Below, in pieces: positions 57,488 through 64,000 of a DNA stretch of 64,000 bases. Under the pieces are notes generated by a model. The model did no database searches and was not told the origin of the DNA. It saw nothing but the letters and a program-made list of their open reading frames with translations. The translations under genes and the position numbers were made by a program. How positions within the stretch are numbered: the stretch's first letter is position 1; every line of letters starts with the position of its first letter. Origin of the DNA: Hormiphora californensis (Eukaryota > Animalia > Ctenophora); assembly GCA_020137815.1 (NCBI GenBank), contig CM035358.1, positions 2,418,001 through 2,482,000 of the forward strand, read 5' to 3'.

Positions 57488-60465
57488 CCTTTCTCCCTCT
57501 CTATCCATGAACCGTGATATGGTTGTGGGTAACTTGACAGGCCCCCGCCCCATTTTAAATATAAAATGCATTTAATGCGATGCATTTAATGCATATATCG
57601 TGAGATTATTTCTCAAAACAAGAATGAACCAGATAATGGCAAAATGGCATAACCATGCAACGAAAATTCCCACAGGAGCATCTTCTAACTCTGTGTGTAT
57701 TCACAGGTCTTTCCGAATTTTGTCATGTTGAACACGATGTTATGGGCTCTAAGTTGTGCCCCTTTCCATCTCCACATGTCACCATATTATTAGGTTGTGT
57801 CATATCTGCATGTTCGTCTGAGGTGATCAGTACCATGCGAGTCTCCCAGAGGGAACTTGATGTTAAGCCCAAAGAGGATGTGAGAGATTGAGCAGCACGG
57901 ACAGCGGCTTAACATCCAAGAGTATTCTGCAGTATTTACTGCTAAATATCATTATTATTATATTGAGTGAGAATTGCCCTTTGTGTCAGCTAGTCACGTA
58001 ACACTGACTACAAACTGCTTGTGTGTGTTATAGGAGGCCGCGTATTCCTTTGAACTGATGTTAGTGACAGCCTTTGCTTGAACCCTAAACCTAAAACTGT
58101 GTGTATTCTTTTGAATTGAGTGACAATCTGTTGCCTAGCTAGACCCTGTTTCGTGCGCCCGCCCGAATATAATGGGAGGGTCAGAACATAACAATCAATC
58201 TGCTTGTGTGTGTGCTTGTGTTTTGAACTTATGGTTATCTTCTTTTTAGCAGCCTTGAACTCTAAAACTATCAGTGAGGCCCGCAAGATCCCAACTAAAC
58301 AGACCAATTATTGTGATCGCCCACTCTGACATCGTATAATACTTTGCTCTACCGAACCCTCACAGAGCAGTCCCAGCAACATATTGCAGCCCTGTGTCTT
58401 ACTACCGCAGTAGTGACGGCATTGCTGTCCCGATACAACAACAACAATAAGGATGGGGATTCTCAGGAGGAACAAGGACAAGAAGAGGGGCAGGAGGGCC
58501 CTCATGATGAACCCGTACTGGAAAAAGGAAATGTCACAACTGTTTAGAGATGTCGATAAAAATACGTAAGATCTTTGCCTCCTTTTTCTTTGTATTAGAG
58601 GCGAGTTCAGGAGTTTTTCAGTTGCCTTGCTCGAGCATCCTCTCACCGCGTTCCGATATACCGTGCAAAACCATTTTCTCCGAGCAACCCGGTAAATCGG
58701 GGTTCAACTGTATAGGGCTTGTTCTTAGGTGGTTCATTTCGCCAGGTCAATAGAAGCCTTCCCAGAAGAGTTGTTTTTGGGACCATCACTATTTATTAAT
58801 TGCACAGTTTCTGGGGGGGGGGGGGGGTGACAGCTGTATTGATATGTGTTAGGTTTGTACGGTGATAGGTGTGTTTGATTTGATAGTCTATCTATCGCAC
58901 AGAAGAGCGAAGCGATGAGAGTGGTCAGGCATGACGCTTTCAGTCCGAGTCACTAAGCTATGTTCAACCTAAATCATACCACTTTGCATTACCACTACCA
59001 GTACCATGCTGACACATCACGTGTACGGGGAGGGGGGGTACGAGGGTAATATTGACACTCAGATCATACAAAAAGGGATGGTTATTTGCCACGTGTGTTG
59101 TTGTGGGATCCATTATAGGCAATCATGATTGTGTTGGGAATTGCTACCACCCAAAATAGATAATATCTTGCTTAATACAAAAGATATCATGTCGCGGCTA
59201 AAATGACTGCATCAAAACTGATACACACCATATTATTGTACGTGTACGACAAGAGGGCCGGGCTAGAGGTGCTAATATGACGTTTTTAGTGAGTGGTAAT
59301 AATAGGTAAGCCTATCTGGTAGAATAACATGTTCTATAAGGCCAGCTGCAGATCACAGCTATAGGACTTTATTTATACACATTGAATCTCATTGTGGTCT
59401 TCTTTATCACGGTACTAGCTGTCTGGTAGTTTGAACCTTTTTTCGTTTTTTGTATTTGAAATTTCAGCTTTTGATTTTAACTTTTGTCTTGGATATCAGT
59501 ATTGTAACTTTGTCACTTTGAAGTGCTATCACTTTAATGTCAGATTACCAAATTTGGTAGTGCACTAAAGATGATATTGATAGGTTCTTCAAATCAAAAC
59601 TGCGGTTGTTTCGCTTTGTGACACCTCTTTAATTTAAGAGGTGTCTAAAGAAGCAAAACAACCGCTGTTTTGATCTAAAGAACCTATCATCTGACAGATA
59701 ACCTATCATCTTTAGTACACTACCATATTAAGTAATCTAACAAATTGTTAGTACACTACCATATATGGTATATGAAGTGCTGTGGGGGAGAAAGCAAAAG
59801 GGATAATGCCTTGTACGACAACTACTACTGGAGGAGAAAAATGGGAGAGTACTTTAAATGTGAAGATAGTAGCAGGTAGAGCATGGGGGGGGGGGGGGCC
59901 GGGGCTAGGAAAATCCAGCTAGTTGGTGTTGAAGTAGAGGTAAAGTAATTGCGGTGAGAGAGGGTCGAGCAAGGCAAGTAAAACTTGATGTGTATAGTTT
60001 GGAAGTTCATAGTCCTCCTCCTTACCCTCCTTCCAAGTTGGTAACGAAATAACCCATCTGGCAAGGGATGGGTAAGTGCCTAGCCCTTCTTACAAGGGGC
60101 GTCGTGAGGCAACTCCTAACGATGATGGCGTGTGATCCTGTCCCTATCACGATATTGGCCCGTCAATTTAAAACTCCTCCTCTGCTGCAGGGACGGATTC
60201 CTAACGATTGAGGAGATGATAAACAACACGAGACCGTTAAAAGTTCACTGCGATGCCCCTGAATACAAGATGGAGGCTCTGGCAAACGCCTACAAGGAAT
60301 TCTGGGGCCACGTATGTTTTATCAACTCTATGTGTCTTTCTGTTTGTCAGTCAGTCAGTCAGTCAGTCAGTCAGTCAGTCAGTCAGTCAGTCAGTCAGTC
60401 AGTCAGTCAGTCAGTCAGTCAGTCAGTCAGTCAGTCAGTCAGTCAGTCAGTCAGTCAGTCAGTCA

Positions 60466-60504
<39 letters not shown>

Positions 60505-62428
60505 TGTCAGCCCGTCTGTCTGTGCGTCTGTGTGTGTGTTTTGTAAACCCCGGTTTACTCTCTCAGGTAGGTTTGAAGCCTGGAAGGAAAGTGGGTAAAA
60601 CCAAGTTCCTCAAGGGGCTCAGTAAGCTTGGAAGAGAAGAGTTGGATCGAGAAGCAGCGGGGGTACCCACCCTTCACAGTCGGGTATCCCATACCCTGTT
60701 TGATATCATTGATGCGAACAATAATAACCGACTTCAGGTAACAAATCTCCTGAAAGATTTTCCAAGACATTTGTGTCTAACACGTTACACGTGTATAAAA
60801 ACTGTAAGAATTGGTAACTAAGACAAGCTAGCATGTGGAAAATGTGAGTCTATTACTTTGAATTTTGAATTTCGCGACTTTAATTTCATCTCAATTTCCA
60901 GAAGAAAGAAATTTCACAATGGATGGCTGCTTCGGGACTAAATCCCGACAATGCAGATAAAATGTTCCAGGTAACTCCTTGAATCTATCCAGAATTTTCA
61001 ATTATTCTTCCCTATTATTCTATTAAATCTATCCGTGATTTTCAATTCAGTCCCATATTGAACTATAATGTTCTCCATTCCATTCAACTCCCCCCGTTGT
61101 TCTCACAGGAGGCGGATGTTAGTGGTAAAGGGTACATCAGTAGAGACGAGCTGATAGAGGCAGAGTTTTGCTCATTCTTCCATCCTGAGAAGTGCATGGC
61201 TCAACTGGGCGTCAAAGTGGTTTAACCAACTGATCAAGATCTAGCAAAGACTTCCCCGGCACTTCCCCGCCAACCAACCAATCGCTGCAGCTTGTCCTTA
61301 GATTCAAGAATATGAGACTTAGTTATCGTATGTGGCAAGACACGAGTCGCGTCTCACGAACCCAATATAATTTAATGCGAACATGACACGTAAATGAGTT
61401 GTATTTTTTAGTGAATCAAACTAAACTACACATCGTTTTTTAGGATGTGTAGAACGCATTTGGATTGATATTATCAGGTATCATGAATGCGATCTAAAAA
61501 AAATGTTATCAATTTGATAATATTCTATCGAACTCAAATGCGTACCTGATTTTTTTAATCAATCATGAACAGTATTGGTTTGACAAGTCAAGATAAAGAC
61601 TGATTCGACTTACGTAATGGCAACTATTTAACTTAATTTTTTCTCTCTGTTGATTAAAGTTTAGAGATCAGTAGAGGTATAACAGCTGACCCGGGACCCC
61701 CCCCCCCCCCCCCCAATTGGTACCTGATGCCACTGTGATATGCCCAATGATGAGACTCTGATTTTCTGATAAGGACCCAATTTGTTCCGACCCAATTCCC
61801 GCGTTAATTACTTAATTACTTAATTAATTTACACAAGATGACTAATAAAAATACCTTCAGCTCGTCCTTTTGTTGTTGCCGTTTTTCCTCCAGTTCTCTC
61901 CTTGCTACAAACTCTGTCTGAGCATCTTCCTCTCTTTTTAACCATGCTTCCTCCTCTTCTGCCTTCCTGCAGTGATGGTTATATTGTAGTTAACTTCAAA
62001 CTATTTTAGAACTTGAAAATAATTTAATTAAAATCTAAAAAATCACTCAGTACAGTTCCTGCAAATCCCAGACTGAGACAGAGTAACTATGTACATGAGG
62101 ATTGAGGGGCGATTCAAAAAGGACGTCCAGGGGTAGGGGGAGGGGGAGGTAGCCGATTTCGGACATCTCTGGACTAGGGGGGGGGGGGGGGTCTGGCAGA
62201 TTCAGACAGGGGGAGGGAGGGGGGGGGGGGTAAAAATGACCAAAATTCAAGGACGTCCTTTTTGAATCGCCACACAAACCTTAATTATGACAGTGTCGTT
62301 TGAAAGGCTATGAGTAAAATAAAATGTCGTTCGCTTAGATAAGTGTTATTAATGTCTAATACCTCTTTAGTTCTGCCTCGGATATTTCCTCAGTTTCAGA
62401 TTCCTCGTGTTCCCCTTCTTCAAGTTCC
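51068..62428 (-). CDS. ZRSR2: U2AF35-related CCCH-UHM-CCCH-RS splicing factor, 5'-partial; exons 62428-62363, 61966-61855, 57182-57104 (tentative), 54474-54427, 53735-53626, 53441-53321, 53189-53097, 52339-52174, 52003-51733, 51580-51221, 51116-51068
   Basis: EAWLKREEDAQTEF N-terminal coil; CSFYVKTGACRFGERCSRYH; DVLPEFQSMGEVSMFKVCCNHEPHLRGNVYVQF..FNGRFYASRQISCEF..WKSAICG..CPKGKHCNFLHVFKNP are ZRSR2-type rather than U2AF1-type. First exon(s) not resolved. Confidence 0.92.
52012..52152. repeat. ~31-bp intronic minisatellite (GAGAGCAGGTGAGATCGTTACTTTAACTAG) x~4
   Basis: Direct reading. Confidence 0.8.
52438..53039 (-). mobile_element. G-tailed MITE, inverted near-identical copy of 16138-16728, TSD TAAACT
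   Basis: Full-length reverse-complement match; TAAACT at 52432-52437 and 53040-53045. Confidence 0.88.
55187..56013. mobile_element. Second G-tailed MITE family (GGGGGGGTGCGACATGTTAATT), TSD TTCGTA
   Basis: TIRs with G-run/C-run ends, subterminal TGTTAA repeats, TTCGTA on both sides. Confidence 0.78.
58453..61225 (+). CDS. Photoprotein-like / coelenterazine-binding-family EF-hand protein, 196 aa, nested antisense in a ZRSR2 intron; exons 58453-58565, 60191-60311, 60567-60737, 60902-60970, 61109-61225
   Basis: Spliced product MGILRRNKDKKRGRRALMMNPYWKKEMSQLFRDVDKNTDGFLTIEEM...EFWGHVGLKPG...EELDREAAGVPTLHSRVSHTLFDIIDANNNNRLQKKE...FQEADVSGKGYISRDEL...; EF-I, III and IV loops present and EF-II absent, as in aequorin/obelin/mnemiopsin. 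All phases fit (591 nt). Confidence 0.85.
59540..59741. repeat. ~200-bp imperfect palindrome (foldback MITE-like) in intron 1 of the nested gene
   Basis: Arms TGGTAGTGCACTAAAGATGATA..GATAGGTTCTT..ATCAAAAC mirrored around GACACCTCTT..AAGAGGTGTC. Confidence 0.7.
60346..60510. repeat. (TCAG)n microsatellite in intron 2 of the nested gene
   Basis: Direct reading. Confidence 0.95.
62108..62271. mobile_element. MITE with TIR GGCGATTCAAAAAGGACGTCC
   Basis: 21-bp perfect inverted repeats with G-run interior. Confidence 0.7.
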
Positions 62429-62504
<76 letters not shown>

Positions 62505-62879
62505 ACATGGTGTCCTGGAAGGAGGTTAAACCTCGCCTAGATTTGAGGACTAAATTATACCATTATCTGTATCATGATGAGGGGGTGATCCCTGTGTTGA
62601 TCTCACGTGGTTCAAAGTTTGGTCAGGCATAGAAGACTCGGGATGTTACAAAGGTGAACAAATTTCAATAGCAAAATTTGTCAGGTAAATGCTCTGACCG
62701 CGGTTCTCCGAAAGAATAGAATAGTTCATTTTTTGAAAAAAATGTAGATTATGTCGAATCAAAAGATTCCTTTCCGAATTCTGATGATGTAAAATTTGTT
62801 TCAAATAATCTTATCATATTAGGCTGTCCAGTATTGATTGTCGTTGGGCTTTTATGGAAAAATGGTTTGAGAAATGAAA

Positions 62880-64000
62880 ATAGAGAAAAAAAAAATTTGG
62901 CCTTAAACCCCCCCGGGTTTTTTTCTCACCGTTTTTAGATCGGAATTAAATGCTTGGTATGGGGTTTTTGGGCCGTTCCTTTTCCCACGGGCCCTTATTT
63001 TCTTTTTTTAGGGCCACCTTGTTCCCCGCTGAAAGGGGGGTTCCCAATTTTTTTTAAAACCTGCGGGTAAAAAAATGGAAACAGTTTTTAGCCCCGTTTG
63101 CTCAATCGATAGAAAATCGCAAAGGGAAATGAGGTAGTATCCGTTTTGGGGGTCTTTCGCCGTTCACAAATTAACCTTTTAAAACAGTAAATGAAAACAC
63201 AAAAAGCGAAAAAGTTTCCCGGGGCGTTTTTGGGGCCATTTAAAACCCCCCCAAAATTTGGGTTTCACTTTAAAATTCAAACCAATCCCCAAATTTATTT
63301 CCCAAATCCTTAGCCCATGAATTTTTCTCTTTTTTTTTAAAACTTTTTGGGGCCCGGCCGTAAAAAATTTCAATTTTTAAACCAAAATTTTTGGGAAAGT
63401 GGTTTTCCCTTGCCAGTAAACAAAAAAAATAGGATGGTTTTTTAAAATTCGATTTTTTTAGTAAAATTTGGTTTTCCAAAATGCCCCCAAACTTGAGGGG
63501 GAAAAAAAACCTCCAACCCCCTCCGGTCCCAAAATTTTTAAAATTTCCAGAAAAACTTTGAATTTTTCCACCCAAAACCCTTTTTCCCAAAAACCCCAAG
63601 GGGAAACCAATTGGAAAACCCTTTTGGGGAAACCGAAACGGGCCCAACAAAACCGGGATCCAAACGATATTTCCGATTAAAATCGCTTGGGGAAAAAACG
63701 GGGGGGAAGTTTTGTCTATTTTAAAAAAAAAGGGGGAAAGAAATAAAAGAAGCTAATATGAAAAATGGGTTAAATTTTTCCAATTTGTTTTATTTGGGGT
63801 TCCTTCCTTTTCGGAAATCACAATCCGGGTCCCCCCAAAATTAAACCTTTCCCCAAAAGGGCCCTATTGTTAAGAAGGGGGCCCAAAGTTAATTAAGCTA
63901 TTTTAAAATAGGGGGAAAAGGGAGAGAAGAATAAGAGAAAGAAGTGAATGGATTTTAGAAAAACGGGAGAAAGGATTGCCATGGGGGGGTTAGTTTTAAA
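62880..64000. other. Low-accuracy, homopolymer-inflated sequence
   Basis: Same garbled character as 39-45 kb; may hide the first ZRSR2 exon. Confidence 0.75.

Noticed and set aside
60312-60566. SQSV-repeat insertion in the EF-hand protein (ORF 60132-60821)
   Set aside because: It is a GT-AG intron containing (TCAG)n that happens to stay in frame; removing it restores collinearity with the family.

Overview
Intron-containing animal genomic DNA, not prokaryotic. It is most likely from a ctenophore; this is an inference from the photoprotein-like gene, the compact genes and the splice acceptors sitting just upstream of start codons. 2.5-23 kb: LZTFL1 (-) is head-to-head with seven tightly packed + strand housekeeping genes (SMC5, RPL32, STK11/LKB1, SGTA, CDC5L, RPS24, ZRANB2) separated by only about 260-515 bp. 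Every gene after SMC5 has a pyrimidine tract plus AG just before its ATG, which looks like a trans-spliced operon. 23.4-28.1 kb: a 34-bp satellite. 29.3-35.3 kb: an Ig-type receptor tyrosine kinase (-) with intact TM and kinase exons but lesions in the ectodomain, followed by a paralogous exon remnant. About 39-45.4, 49.3-49.9 and 62.9-64 kb: homopolymer-inflated, low-accuracy sequence. 46.8-50 kb: a spliced orphan secreted protein. 51-62.4+ kb: ZRSR2 (-), which carries in one intron a complete 5-exon, 196-aa EF-hand gene on the opposite strand that is collinear with Ca2+-regulated photoproteins. Many non-autonomous DNA elements are present (TA, TTA, 6-, 8- and 9-bp TSD classes, plus a Helitron). 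All exon models were assembled by hand from GT-AG sites and phase checks; no database searches were run.
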